Below are positions 28,221 to 37,990 of a stretch of 37,990 nt of DNA, piece by piece. A program made the translations under genes and the position numbers. How positions within the stretch are numbered: the first letter of the stretch is position 1; the number at the start of each line of letters is the position of its first letter. Source of the stretch: Synechocystis sp. (GTDB lineage Bacteria > Cyanobacteriota > Cyanobacteriia > Cyanobacteriales > Microcystaceae); the NCBI GenBank assembly GCA_035285105.1, contig JAYKHU010000286.1, forward strand, positions 1 through 37,990, written 5' to 3'. The notes under the pieces were generated by a model. That model ran no database searches and was not told the origin of the DNA. It saw only the letters and a list, made by a program, of their open reading frames with translations.

Positions 28221-29747
28221 ATGAAATTGGCTTATTGGATGTATGCTGGCCCCGCTCACATTGGCACCCTACGCATTGCTAGTTCGTTTAAAAATGTCCA
28301 TGCCATCATGCACGCGCCGTTGGGGGATGATTACTTTAATGTCATGCGCTCCATGTTAGAACGGGAGCAAAACTTTACCCCGGTCACGGCCAGCGTGGTC
28401 GATCGCCAAGTCCTCTCCCGAGGCTCCCAGGAAAAAGTTGTCGATAATATTGTCCGTAAAGATCAAGAAGAAAGCCCTGACTTAATTGTCTTGACCCCCA
28501 CCTGTACGTCCAGCATCCTCCAAGAAGATCTGCAGAATTTTGTTAGCCGCGCCCAGATGGATGCAACGGGGGACGTGATGTTAGCCGACGTTAACCACTA
28601 CCGCTACAACGAATTACAAGCTGGCGATCGGACCCTCAAGCAGATTGTCCAGTTTTATTTAGAAAAAGCGCGGAAGCAGGGCAACTTATCCACGGAAAAA
28701 ACAAGCCAACCCTCCGTTAACCTCATTGGCTTCACCACCTTAGGCTTCCACAATCAACACGATTGCACCGAACTCAAACGTCTGATGGCGGATTTGGGTA
28801 TTCAGGTTAACGCCGTGATCCCAGAAAAAGCGTCTGTTCAGGATTTGTCTAAACTGCCCCAAGCGTGGTTTAACCTCTGTCCCTACCGGGAAGTTGGGCG
28901 ACTGACGGCGGAGTATCTCGCTGAAGCCTTTGCCATGCCCTTTGTGGACATTACCCCCATGGGTGTGGTGGAAACGGCCCGGTGTATCCGTAAAATTCAG
29001 CAGGTGTTAAATGAGCAGGGCCATGATGCCGATTACGAGGCCCTCATTCAACAACAAACCCGCTATGTCTCCCAAGCGGCCTGGTTTTCCCGTTCCATTG
29101 ATTGTCAAAATTTGACTGGCAAAAAAGCTGTGGTCTTTGGGGACAATACCCATGCTGCGGCCATGACCAAAATTTTGGCCCGGGAGATGGGGATCCATGT
29201 GGTGTTAGCGGGCACTTACTGCCAATATGATGCGGAGTGGTTTAAAGCCGAAGTGGCGGAATACTGCGACGAAATTCTGATCAGCGAAGATAACGGGGCG
29301 ATCGCCGATGCCATTGCCCGCCTTGAACCCGCTGCTATTTTTGGCACCCAAATGGAACGCCACGTGGGCAAACGGTTGGATATTCCCTGTGGTGTCATTG
29401 CGGCCCCCATTCACATTCAAAACTTCCCCTTGGGCTATAAGCCCTTTTTAGGCTACGAAGGCACCAATCAAATTGCAGACTTAGTTTACAATTCCTTCAC
29501 CCTGGGCATGGAAGATCATTTGTTGGAAATTTTTGGGGGTCACGACACCAAAGAAGTGATTACAAAGGGAATTTCCAGCGATTCCGACCTGGGTTGGCAT
29601 CCCAACGCCCAAACCGAACTCAACAAAGTGCCTGGCTTCGTACGGGGCAAGGTCAAGCGCAACACCGAAAAATTTGCCCGGGAACGGGGGTTATCGGAAA
29701 TCACTTTAGAGGTGATGTATGCGGCTAAGGAGGCGGTGGGGGCCTAG
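28221..29747 (+). CDS. chlB: Light-independent protochlorophyllide reductase subunit B
   Basis: [36 protein letters not shown] and a C-terminal PCP_red domain. 508 aa. Confidence 0.98.
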   Translation: MKLAYWMYAGPAHIGTLRIASSFKNVHAIMHAPLGDDYFNVMRSMLEREQNFTPVTASVVDRQVLSRGSQEKVVDNIVRKDQEESPDLIVLTPTCTSSILQEDLQNFVSRAQMDATGDVMLADVNHYRYNELQAGDRTLKQIVQFYLEKARKQGNLSTEKTSQPSVNLIGFTTLGFHNQHDCTELKRLMADLGIQVNAVIPEKASVQDLSKLPQAWFNLCPYREVGRLTAEYLAEAFAMPFVDITPMGVVETARCIRKIQQVLNEQGHDADYEALIQQQTRYVSQAAWFSRSIDCQNLTGKKAVVFGDNTHAAAMTKILAREMGIHVVLAGTYCQYDAEWFKAEVAEYCDEILISEDNGAIADAIARLEPAAIFGTQMERHVGKRLDIPCGVIAAPIHIQNFPLGYKPFLGYEGTNQIADLVYNSFTLGMEDHLLEIFGGHDTKEVITKGISSDSDLGWHPNAQTELNKVPGFVRGKVKRNTEKFARERGLSEITLEVMYAAKEAVGA

Positions 29748-29760
29748 TTTCTCTCCTTAA

Positions 29761-29792
29761 TGGCTACGTTTTCAGAAAAGATAGCGTAGCTA
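29761..29792 (+). terminator. Stem-loop after chlB (terminator, stability or processing element)
   Basis: TGGCTACGTT pairs with AGCGTAGCTA (10 bp including G-U). No U tract. Confidence 0.4.
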
Positions 29793-29799
29793 ATGGCAG

Positions 29800-31689
29800 T
29801 TGGCTATCATCGTTAACCGGGATGATGGTGATCAAATCTCAAGGAGTCTTTTGCAGCAAACAATCTCGGCCACCGTTGCCATCCTTTTCTACCGTTCCCA
29901 TTATTTGGCGGGAAATACGGCCCCCATTGATGCCCTCTGTGCGGCGTTAAAAGAACGGGGGTTAACACCGATCGCCCTTTATGTATCGTCTTTGCGGGAA
30001 CCTGACGTTCAAGCGGAAATAGTCGCTCTTTTAGAAAATTTAGAGCAGCCTTTGGGAGCTATTTTAAACACCACCAGTTTTTCCCTGGCGAAATTACAGC
30101 GGGAAGCGGGTAGTACTGAAACCATTCCGCTGTGGCAAAGCTTAAATGTGCCTGTGTTGCAAGTCATTTTGAGCGGCGGCAGTCGGGAGCAGTGGCAAGA
30201 GAGCCTGCGGGGACTCAATCCCAGGGATTTAGCCATGAATGTGGCCCTACCGGAGGTGGATGGACGGATTATTACAAGGGCCGTGTCCTTTAAAGCAGTC
30301 CAAGCTCGCCATCCCCAACTGGAAACGGAAGTGGTGATCTACGAGCCAGACCCGAACCGGATCGCCTGGGTGGCCGAGTTAACCCACAATCTGATCCGCT
30401 GTGCCCAAACACCGGCTGAAAACCGTAAAATTGCCCTGATTTTAGCCAATTATCCCAATAAAGACGGCAGGCTAGCCAATGGGGTGGGGTTAGATACCCT
30501 TGCTAGTTGTTTACGGATTTTACAGGCCTTACAGTTAGAGGGTTATGACATCACAGACATTCCTGACAGCACCCAAGCCCTCATCCAGCAGTTAACGTCG
30601 GGAATCACCAACGATAGGGAACTCTTTGGCGATCGCAGGATTAATCAGCAGATTGCGACCCAAAAAGTGTGGGATTTTTTCCAGCAGTTATCCCCCGACA
30701 TTCAACGGGCCATGGGAGAGCGATGGCAGGAGCGGGAACAGTGGGATCATTTACCGGAATTTTTGCCGGTGAGTGGGATTCAATGGGGCAATATTTTCGT
30801 CGGTATTCAACCGTCCCGGGGTTATGACCGCGATCCCAGTTTGAATTACCATGCGCCGGATTTAGAACCAACCCTCCATTATTTAGCCTTTTATTTATGG
30901 ATTCAAACGGCGTTTCAAGCCCATGCTGTTATCCATTTAGGCAAACACGGCAACTTGGAATGGTTGCCCGGTAAAAGTGTGGCCTTATCCCACGATTGTT
31001 ATCCTGAAATTGCCTTGGCACCGTTACCCCATTTTTACCCCTTTATTGTCAATGATCCGGGGGAAGGCACCCAAGCCAAACGCCGCGCCCATGCCTGCAT
31101 TATTGATCATTTAACTCCTCCTTTAACCCGGGCAGAATTATATGGCGATTTGGAAAAACTAGAGGCATTAATTGATGAATATTACGAAGCCCAAACCCTC
31201 GATCCAAGCCGTTTAAGGACCATTGGCGATCGCCTGGGGCAATTATTTCAAACCAGCCAGTTGCACCAGGATTTAGGAATCGGATTACCGGATGTAAACG
31301 ATCTCAATCCTTTACTGACCGTTGCCGATAGTTACTTATGCGAACTTAAAGAGGCACAAATTCGGGATGGGTTGCATATTCTTGGCCAAGTCCCCCCCCG
31401 GGAACAGTTACGAGACCTGATTATTAGTATTGTCCGATCGCCCCATTACCAACGCTTAGGATTAACCCAGGCGATCGCCATTGATTTAGGCTTAGCGTTT
31501 GACCCGATTTTGGATCCGTTAGACCAACCCTTTAGCCTTTCTCCAGCCATCGAAGCCCGGTTAATTCAACAGGGCAAAAGTGCCCTCGCCCATCAACTCA
31601 AAAGTTGTCGAATTGGGGGGGATGTGGTGAACGTGCTCGAAGCCATTGCCCAAACCCAAGTGGAAAGACTCATCCCCTCCCCACCGTAA
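29800..31689 (+). CDS. cobN: Cobaltochelatase CobN, central portion only
   Basis: ILFYRSH, DLAMNVALPEVDGRIITRAVSFK, GRLANGVGLDT, HLGKHGNLEWLPGK, NDPGEGTQAKRR and QIRDGLH motifs. It starts and ends mid-family. Alternative in-frame TTG at 29851 behind AAGGAG. Confidence 0.85.
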   Translation: MAIIVNRDDGDQISRSLLQQTISATVAILFYRSHYLAGNTAPIDALCAALKERGLTPIALYVSSLREPDVQAEIVALLENLEQPLGAILNTTSFSLAKLQREAGSTETIPLWQSLNVPVLQVILSGGSREQWQESLRGLNPRDLAMNVALPEVDGRIITRAVSFKAVQARHPQLETEVVIYEPDPNRIAWVAELTHNLIRCAQTPAENRKIALILANYPNKDGRLANGVGLDTLASCLRILQALQLEGYDITDIPDSTQALIQQLTSGITNDRELFGDRRINQQIATQKVWDFFQQLSPDIQRAMGERWQEREQWDHLPEFLPVSGIQWGNIFVGIQPSRGYDRDPSLNYHAPDLEPTLHYLAFYLWIQTAFQAHAVIHLGKHGNLEWLPGKSVALSHDCYPEIALAPLPHFYPFIVNDPGEGTQAKRRAHACIIDHLTPPLTRAELYGDLEKLEALIDEYYEAQTLDPSRLRTIGDRLGQLFQTSQLHQDLGIGLPDVNDLNPLLTVADSYLCELKEAQIRDGLHILGQVPPREQLRDLIISIVRSPHYQRLGLTQAIAIDLGLAFDPILDPLDQPFSLSPAIEARLIQQGKSALAHQLKSCRIGGDVVNVLEAIAQTQVERLIPSPP

Positions 31690-31787
31690 TTGTGCGTGTT
31701 TATAACGATTTCAGGATTTCAGGCAAGGGGGGATCGCCTAAGATGGGAACGGAAACCAGATAATCCGCGTGTAAACGAGGTAGAAAA

Positions 31788-34319
31788 ATGCGAGCCGTGT
31801 TGATGGCCGGTGGGGCCGGTACCCGATTACGACCCCTGACTTGCGATTTGCCCAAACCGATGGTGCCCATCGTTAATCAGCCGATCGCCGCCCATATTAT
31901 CCATTTGCTAAGACGTCATAACATTACAGAGATTGTTGCGACTCTGCATTACCTCCCCGATGCCATGCGGGACTATTTCCTGGACGGAAGCGAACTGGGT
32001 GTCCAAATGACCTATGCTGTGGAGGATGAACATCCCCTGGGGACGGCGGGGTGTGTCAAAAATATCGAAGAGTTACTGGATGACACCTTTTTGGTGATTA
32101 GTGGCGATAGCATTACCGATTTTGACCTGAGCGCGGCGATCGCCTTCCATAAGCAAAAAAAATCCAAAGCAACGATTGTGCTGACCCGAGTGCCCAACCC
32201 CTTGGAATTTGGGGTGGTAATTACCGACGATGATCAACGTATTCAACGGTTTTTAGAGAAACCCTCCACCAGCGAAGTCTTCTCCGACACCGTCAACACT
32301 GGTACTTATATTCTGGAACCCGAAGTCTTAGATTATTTACCCCCCAAGGAAGAGAGTGACTTTTCCAAGGATTTATTTCCCCTGTTGTTGCAAAAAAACG
32401 AGCCGATGTATGGCTACGTCGCCACCGGCTATTGGTGCGATGTGGGCAACTTAGATGCGTACCGGGAAGCCCAATACCATGCCCTAGAACAACGGGTGGC
32501 GTTAGAATTTAAACACTCACCGGAAACCGAAGGTATCTGGATTGGGGAAAATACCACCATCGATCCCACCGCGATTCTCTCCCCTCCCCTGGCGATCGGG
32601 GATAACTGCAACATCGGGGCCGGAACTCGCCTGGAACCCGGAACGATTATTGGCCACAACGTTACCATCGGTGCCGGGGCCGAACTCAAACGGGCGATCG
32701 TCTGGAATGGGGTGTTGATCGGCGATGAAGCCTATTTAGCCGCCTGTGTGATCGGTCGGGGCTGTCGCATTGAACGGCGGGTGCAGGTGTTAGAAGGGGC
32801 GGTCATTGGTCCCCTCTCCATCATTGGGGAAGAAGCCCAAATCAATCCCAACGTTAAAGTTTGGCCCAGTAAACGGGTGGAACCCGGCGCCATTCTCAAT
32901 ATCAACCTCATTTGGGGCAGCACCGGTCACCGTAACCTATTTGGCCAACGGGGAGTTTCTGGCATTGTCAACATCGACATGACCCCAGAATTTGCCGTCA
33001 AACTCGGGGCCGCCTATGGATCTTCCCTCAAACCCGGTGCTGAAATTGTGGTATCCCGGGATCAACGCAACGTTTCCCGGATGGTGACCCGGTCTTTGAT
33101 TGCCGGATTAATGTCCGTCGGCGTCAACATTCAAAACCTGGAAGCCACCGCCATCCCCATTGCCCGCACCATGACCCCCAAATTAAAAGTTGCTGGCGGC
33201 ATTCATGTTCGTATCCACCCCGATCGCCCGGATTATTTATTGATTGAATTTTTGGACAGTCAAGGGATCAATATTTCCAAAAAAACCGAGAAGAAAATTG
33301 AAGGGGCCTATTTCAAAGAAGACCTCCGCCGGGTGAGCATTCCCCAAATCGGTGAAATGTCCTATCCGGCCCAAGTCCTTGAAACCTACCGCTATACCTT
33401 TGAAACGCTCCTCAATATGGAGATTTTGAACAATGGGGGCGCAAAAATTGTCATTGATTATGCTTATGGTGTTTCCGGGGCTATTTTGCCCCTCCTCCTG
33501 GCTAAATTCGGCTGTGACGCCGTGGTATTGAACGCCAGCCTCCGCCAAACCGCCGTGTCCAATGACGAACGGGAGGCCCTGTTAAGTCAACTGGGGCAAG
33601 TGGTGGTTGCTCTGGAAGCTAGCCTCGGGGTTCAAGTTTCCGCCAATGGAGAACAACTCATTTTAGTCGATGAATCCGGCTTGCCCATTCGGGGAGAACT
33701 CCTCACCGCCCTCATGGTGCAAATGATTTTAACCGCCTATCCCAGAAGCACTGTGGTGGTGCCAGTGCAAGCCTCCAGTGCAGTGGAATACCTTGCCCGT
33801 CGCCATGGCGGTAAAGTGATTCGGACTAAAGCCAATCCCACAGCGTTAATGGCGGCGGCCCAATCTAACCATAATGTTGTCCTGGGGGGCAGTGGCGAAA
33901 CGGGCTTTATTTTTCCCCGACTCCATCCCGGCTTTGACGCCATGTTTTGCATCGCCAAAATGCTGGAAATGCTGACCTTACAACAGCTAACCCTGGGTCA
34001 AATTCGCTCACAATTGCCCCGCATCTATCACAATTCCTGCACTGTCCGCTGCTCCTGGAAAATGAAAGGGGCATTAATGCGCCATCTCGTCGAAATCCAC
34101 CGTGATCAACATATTGAACTCATCGATGGAGTCAAAATTATTTTCCCCAACGGAGATAACTGGGTACTCATTCTACCCGACGCAGGGGAACCTTTAGTTC
34201 ATATCTATGCAAACAGTGAGGATCGAAGCTGGGTGGATGATCAACTCCGCAAGTATGAAGCCCAAGTGGTTGAATTTATTAGCGATACCCAGCAGGAGTC
34301 AAATCAACACTTCTTCTAA
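31788..34319 (+). CDS. Mannose-1-phosphate guanylyltransferase / hexapeptide / phosphohexomutase-like fusion
   Basis: [18 protein letters not shown]-transferase, then left-handed beta-helix repeats, then a PGM/PMM-like region starting LFGQRGVSG. Confidence 0.9.
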   Translation: MRAVLMAGGAGTRLRPLTCDLPKPMVPIVNQPIAAHIIHLLRRHNITEIVATLHYLPDAMRDYFLDGSELGVQMTYAVEDEHPLGTAGCVKNIEELLDDTFLVISGDSITDFDLSAAIAFHKQKKSKATIVLTRVPNPLEFGVVITDDDQRIQRFLEKPSTSEVFSDTVNTGTYILEPEVLDYLPPKEESDFSKDLFPLLLQKNEPMYGYVATGYWCDVGNLDAYREAQYHALEQRVALEFKHSPETEGIWIGENTTIDPTAILSPPLAIGDNCNIGAGTRLEPGTIIGHNVTIGAGAELKRAIVWNGVLIGDEAYLAACVIGRGCRIERRVQVLEGAVIGPLSIIGEEAQINPNVKVWPSKRVEPGAILNINLIWGSTGHRNLFGQRGVSGIVNIDMTPEFAVKLGAAYGSSLKPGAEIVVSRDQRNVSRMVTRSLIAGLMSVGVNIQNLEATAIPIARTMTPKLKVAGGIHVRIHPDRPDYLLIEFLDSQGINISKKTEKKIEGAYFKEDLRRVSIPQIGEMSYPAQVLETYRYTFETLLNMEILNNGGAKIVIDYAYGVSGAILPLLLAKFGCDAVVLNASLRQTAVSNDEREALLSQLGQVVVALEASLGVQVSANGEQLILVDESGLPIRGELLTALMVQMILTAYPRSTVVVPVQASSAVEYLARRHGGKVIRTKANPTALMAAAQSNHNVVLGGSGETGFIFPRLHPGFDAMFCIAKMLEMLTLQQLTLGQIRSQLPRIYHNSCTVRCSWKMKGALMRHLVEIHRDQHIELIDGVKIIFPNGDNWVLILPDAGEPLVHIYANSEDRSWVDDQLRKYEAQVVEFISDTQQESNQHFF

Positions 34320-34365
34320 GCGTTTTCAATCCATTGTTAAAGGTAGCGTCTACGTTGGCAACACA

Positions 34366-34776
34366 TTACTCGGCATCATTGACAGGGGGTAAAGCGGCAA
34401 TCATGGTTTGAATACAGGCTTGGGCTTTGTGATCGAGGGCGGTCCAATCAACATTTTCCTCATTAAACAGGGTCTGATCAATTTCCACCCATAATTCGTC
34501 TTGATTGTCCGGTAAGTTATCCACAAAGGGACGGGGATTGTAATTAGCAAAACAAATCTGAAAACAAAGATCCCAAATATTAACCCGATAAAGGCGATCG
34601 CCGTTTTCTAAAATGAGTTGATGGCCGGGAATGGGATCTTGGACTTCTTCATAACGACTGCGCCAGGGAATCGTTTCCAAGGCCTGACGGAGTTGATCGA
34701 TGGTGCGAATTAAAGCCGGTTGCATCAAACAGTCAGCTTGTTCCCAGGCTTCAACGGTGGCAAATTGCGGTTTCAT
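34366..34776 (-). CDS. Hypothetical protein
   Basis: 136-aa ORF co-oriented with hpnB (LMQPALIR, IWDLCFQICF). Confidence 0.7.
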   Translation of the reverse strand: MKPQFATVEAWEQADCLMQPALIRTIDQLRQALETIPWRSRYEEVQDPIPGHQLILENGDRLYRVNIWDLCFQICFANYNPRPFVDNLPDNQDELWVEIDQTLFNEENVDWTALDHKAQACIQTMIAALPPVNDAE

Positions 34777-34812
34777 AGAGGTTATTTAGGGCAGCTATTT
34801 ACCCAACATACG

Positions 34813-35988
34813 TCAGTCACTCACCTGGGGGTAGACACGACCTTTCCAGCCGCCCCCTTGGCCCCGCCAATGACGCCAGGCAGAGTCCAATGTCATCAGG
34901 TTATACAACAGGGCAATCACCGGCAATGCCAAGCCCCACAACGGCGATCGCCCGTAGAGGTTGAGGGTCGGTCCGTAGGCGATCGCCATTAAGCCCCAGG
35001 TTAGGGCCCCCATCCCCAGTAGGTAGGGATTACCCAGAACCAGACCCAGCAGCACTGCTAGGGGGGCTATAAAATACACCACCCCCATGCCCACCAGCGT
35101 CCCCACTAAGAGCAAGGGATTGTAATTTAATTGGGTATAGGCGGTGCGGGCCACCATATCCCAAATGGTTTCCAGGCGATCGTAGGGGCGCAAACTCCAA
35201 TTATCCCGACTCAGTCCTAACCAAATGGGCACGTTCAACGCCTTCACCTTTTGGGCCAACGTACAATCGTCAATTAATGCTTCTTTTAATGCTGCAATGC
35301 CCCCGATCGCCGTTAAGGCCTGGCGTCGAATGAGAATACACCCCCCAGCGGCAGCGGCAATTTTTCGAGCGGGATTATTGACCCAGGGAAAGGGATAGAG
35401 TTTTTGGAAAAAGAAAATAAAGGCCGGAATCAAAAATTTTTCCCAACCACTCTCACAGCGCAACATCACCATCAACGACACCAGGGCCAAGTTTTCCGTT
35501 TCTGCCTTCTGTACCAACTGCTTTAAGGTTTGATCCCCATGGGCAATATCCGCATCGGTTAACAAGACGTAATCCGAGGTCGCCTCCCCCTGTTGAATAT
35601 GTCGCCAACCCTGCTCCACCGCCCACAATTTTCCCGACCATCCCCCCGGTAGCGGTTGCCCGGTAATCACGGTTAAGCGTTCCGCCTGTCCCAACTGAGC
35701 GGCGATCGCCTGGGCAACCTGTCCTGTGCCATCGGAACTCTGATCGTCCACCAAAATCACCCGCAATTTCCCCGGATAATCCTGTTGCAACAAACTGGAC
35801 AAACTACGATCAAGAACGTCAGCTTCATCCCGAGCCGGCACAATGACCGTAATGGCAGGATAGGCGGGCAAATCCGTTGATTGATGGGGCAAAAACTGAT
35901 TACAACGCCAAAAGCCGCCCCAGGCCAACAACAGGAAAACCCAAATCATTAACGATAACGTCGTCAACGCCAAGCATAGTAAAAGCAT
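34813..35988 (-). CDS. hpnB: GT2 glycosyltransferase, hopene-associated HpnB type
   Basis: VPARDEA, VDDQSSDGT, GWSGKLWA, LTDADI, AAAGGC, LIDDC, MVARTAYTQL and WKGR motifs. Confidence 0.8.
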   Translation of the reverse strand: MLLLCLALTTLSLMIWVFLLLAWGGFWRCNQFLPHQSTDLPAYPAITVIVPARDEADVLDRSLSSLLQQDYPGKLRVILVDDQSSDGTGQVAQAIAAQLGQAERLTVITGQPLPGGWSGKLWAVEQGWRHIQQGEATSDYVLLTDADIAHGDQTLKQLVQKAETENLALVSLMVMLRCESGWEKFLIPAFIFFFQKLYPFPWVNNPARKIAAAAGGCILIRRQALTAIGGIAALKEALIDDCTLAQKVKALNVPIWLGLSRDNWSLRPYDRLETIWDMVARTAYTQLNYNPLLLVGTLVGMGVVYFIAPLAVLLGLVLGNPYLLGMGALTWGLMAIAYGPTLNLYGRSPLWGLALPVIALLYNLMTLDSAWRHWRGQGGGWKGRVYPQVSD

Positions 35989-36047
35989 ACTTTCTGACCA
36001 CCTTCCCCTTCACTAAATTTGCACCACTGAGCCGACCTGAGTGACCG

Positions 36048-36389
36048 TTACAAACCCTGTTCCAATTTAGGGGCAAAGGACAAACTACAGCTACAGACCT
36101 GGGCCGCATTGGGATTGGTGAAGCGAAACCCTCCCCCCATCAGGTCTTCTGCGTAATCGAGTTTCAAATGGTTCAAATAAACGGCACTGGGGCCATCGAC
36201 TAACACCGTGACACCTTGGCTTTCATATTCCAAATCTGTATCTTCAATGTCGGTCACAAAATCCAGATGGTAGAACCAACCGGCACAGCCCCCGGCCTTC
36301 ACCCCTAAGCGAAAGTGATGATGGGTCAGTTGACGACTGCGTTGAAGACGCTTAATCTCTTCGGCGGCACTGGGGGTGAGTTGCAGCAT
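36048..36389 (-). CDS. iscA: HesB/IscA family Fe-S assembly protein
   Basis: GGCAG and GGGFRFTNPNA..CSCSLSF motifs. Confidence 0.85.
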   Translation of the reverse strand: MLQLTPSAAEEIKRLQRSRQLTHHHFRLGVKAGGCAGWFYHLDFVTDIEDTDLEYESQGVTVLVDGPSAVYLNHLKLDYAEDLMGGGFRFTNPNAAQVCSCSLSFAPKLEQGL

Positions 36390-36449
36390 AGATTACCAAA
36401 GACTTGAACAGGTTGCTCTTTGCCCATCCTATCAGCCGAGGAGCGCAGA

Positions 36450-36860
36450 TTATTGGCGGGCGTAGTCATCCTGAAAGCGAATGATGTCATCTTCCCCTAA
36501 ATATTCTCCGTTTTGCACTTCAATCAAGATTAGTTTGATCACCCCAGGGTTTTCGAGACGGTGGGGGGTGCATTGGGGCACATAGGTGGATTGATTGGCT
36601 TCCAGTAATTCTTCTTTTTCGCCGCACACAATTCTCGCGGTGCCTGATACCACGATCCAATGCTCACTGCGATGATGGTGCATCTGTAGGCTGAGGCGAT
36701 GACCGGGATTGACTTCAATGCGCTTAATTTTGTATCCTGTGCCCTCTTCCAAGGTGGTAAACGACCCCCAGGGACGGCTGACCGTCTCAAATTGACTCGC
36801 ATCGACATAGGCAGGCATAGTCATCGCATTCGCGGGGGTGACAGACGTTGCAACCATCAT
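36450..36860 (-). CDS. Mannose-6-phosphate isomerase type II C-terminal cupin, stand-alone
   Basis: RPWG, LSLQMHHHRSEHWIVVSG and EVQNGEYLGEDDIIR motifs. Confidence 0.9.
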   Translation of the reverse strand: MMVATSVTPANAMTMPAYVDASQFETVSRPWGSFTTLEEGTGYKIKRIEVNPGHRLSLQMHHHRSEHWIVVSGTARIVCGEKEELLEANQSTYVPQCTPHRLENPGVIKLILIEVQNGEYLGEDDIIRFQDDYARQ

Positions 36861-37015
36861 TTTTCCTCAACTACCAACAGAAAATTTCAGCACTATAGCG
36901 TTTGAACTTAGCACAGGGTAACATACGCTTTCCGCTACAGCATTGTTCCCGATCCCAATTTACTGACTGGTAGCGGTTTCGTCCCAGAACAACCCAGAAT
37001 CGGCAACGCCGACTC

Positions 37016-37990
37016 CTAGGGATTTAGCTGTTCTTCGGCCCACGTTTGCAGGGCCGCATAGTTGATTTTTCCTAAGGGCGATCGCCGAATTTTGGACACT
37101 GGCAACCACTGTTTAGGACATTTGTGGGGAGCAAGGTAATTTTTCACGGTTTCGATGAGGCGAGCTTGACTGACATCAGCCCGGGGGACAAAAATTGCCG
37201 TTACCATTTCCCCCCAATGGCGATCGCCAACGCCAATAATGACAATATCTTTAACCAAGTTTTGATCTAATAAATAATTTTCAATGGCTAGGGGATCAAT
37301 ATTTTCGCCACCGCTAATAATTTGTCGCTGGTGACGGCCAATAATTGTTAAATAACTATTGTCTAAATATCCTAAGTCACCGGTTTGCCACCAGTCAGGG
37401 GTTTCCAATTGGGGATAGTAGCCTAAACATAATGAATCAGATTGGATCGAGATTAATCCTGAGCGGTCATCGTTTGAGGATAGCTTAGCTGAGACAACGT
37501 TAACGGGATTCAAGGTAACATTGGCATGGGGAAGAATACGACCGACACCTGTTTTTCCTTGAAGAAATTCCGTTGGGGTTAGTGTGGCAATTTGACCGGC
37601 AGTTTCGGTCATGCCATAGGTTGGGGCTAGGTTAATGTGTAATTCTCGAGCCTGGTTTAGCAATTCTGTCCAAGCGGGGGCACCGCCTAAAAAGATCACC
37701 GAAAATTGTTGTAAAAACCGGGGCTGATGATCCAAAAAATATTGCAATTGGGTAGGAACAAGGGATGTGATAAACGTTGCTGGCATCCCAGGAGAAGTCT
37801 GTTTCACAGTGGCATAATCCATCACACAAAACTGACCCTCGGTTAACGCCGATCGCCACCATTGCAGCAAGCCACCGACATGAAAAAGGGGCAAAACACA
37901 AAAGGAATTGATGTTACCCGATGGGGGCAAAAAAGGTTCGATAAAGTGTTTTACCCCAGTTACTGCAGCAGTTAACGTAGATAAAGAATG
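37016..37990 (-). CDS. menE: O-succinylbenzoate-CoA ligase (5' part beyond window)
   Basis: LPLFHVGG, SLVPTQL, TYGMTET, TGDLG and IISGGENI motifs. The frame is open to the window edge (HSLSTLTAAV...). Confidence 0.85.
   Translation of the reverse strand, partial: HSLSTLTAAVTGVKHFIEPFLPPSGNINSFCVLPLFHVGGLLQWWRSALTEGQFCVMDYATVKQTSPGMPATFITSLVPTQLQYFLDHQPRFLQQFSVIFLGGAPAWTELLNQARELHINLAPTYGMTETAGQIATLTPTEFLQGKTGVGRILPHANVTLNPVNVVSAKLSSNDDRSGLISIQSDSLCLGYYPQLETPDWWQTGDLGYLDNSYLTIIGRHQRQIISGGENIDPLAIENYLLDQNLVKDIVIIGVGDRHWGEMVTAIFVPRADVSQARLIETVKNYLAPHKCPKQWLPVSKIRRSPLGKINYAALQTWAEEQLNP

Noticed and set aside
29748-29800. Frameshifted cobN N-terminus or B12 riboswitch upstream of cobN
   Set aside because: Only about 50 nt are available, occupied by a simple hairpin.

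Overview
Cyanobacterial chromosomal window, Synechocystis-like. It has dense HIP1 GCGATCGC octamers, the pyrH-frr-natC order, a divergent type II peroxiredoxin/perR pair and a lone ureA. About 33 genes, mostly housekeeping: rbgA/ylqF (partial), two peroxiredoxins plus perR, ureA, pyrH, frr, natC, pgl, recJ, chlB, a GMPP-PMM fusion, hpnB, iscA and menE (partial). I found no rRNA, tRNA, CRISPR array or intact mobile element. The most notable observations are: (1) a clean 629-codon cobN ORF encoding only the central part of cobaltochelatase, possibly a split enzyme; (2) an MMADHC/CblD-like cobalamin-trafficking homologue; (3) a membrane protein with voltage-sensor-like S1-S4 motifs but no pore; (4) a small Cys-rich protein behind an NtcA-type promoter with textbook spacing; (5) an orphan alpha-class DNA methyltransferase directly behind a pentapeptide-repeat gene; (6) an AT-rich, probably imported desaturase; (7) a truncated Uma2 remnant and several candidate operators. 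All family assignments come from motif recognition by eye, with no database search.
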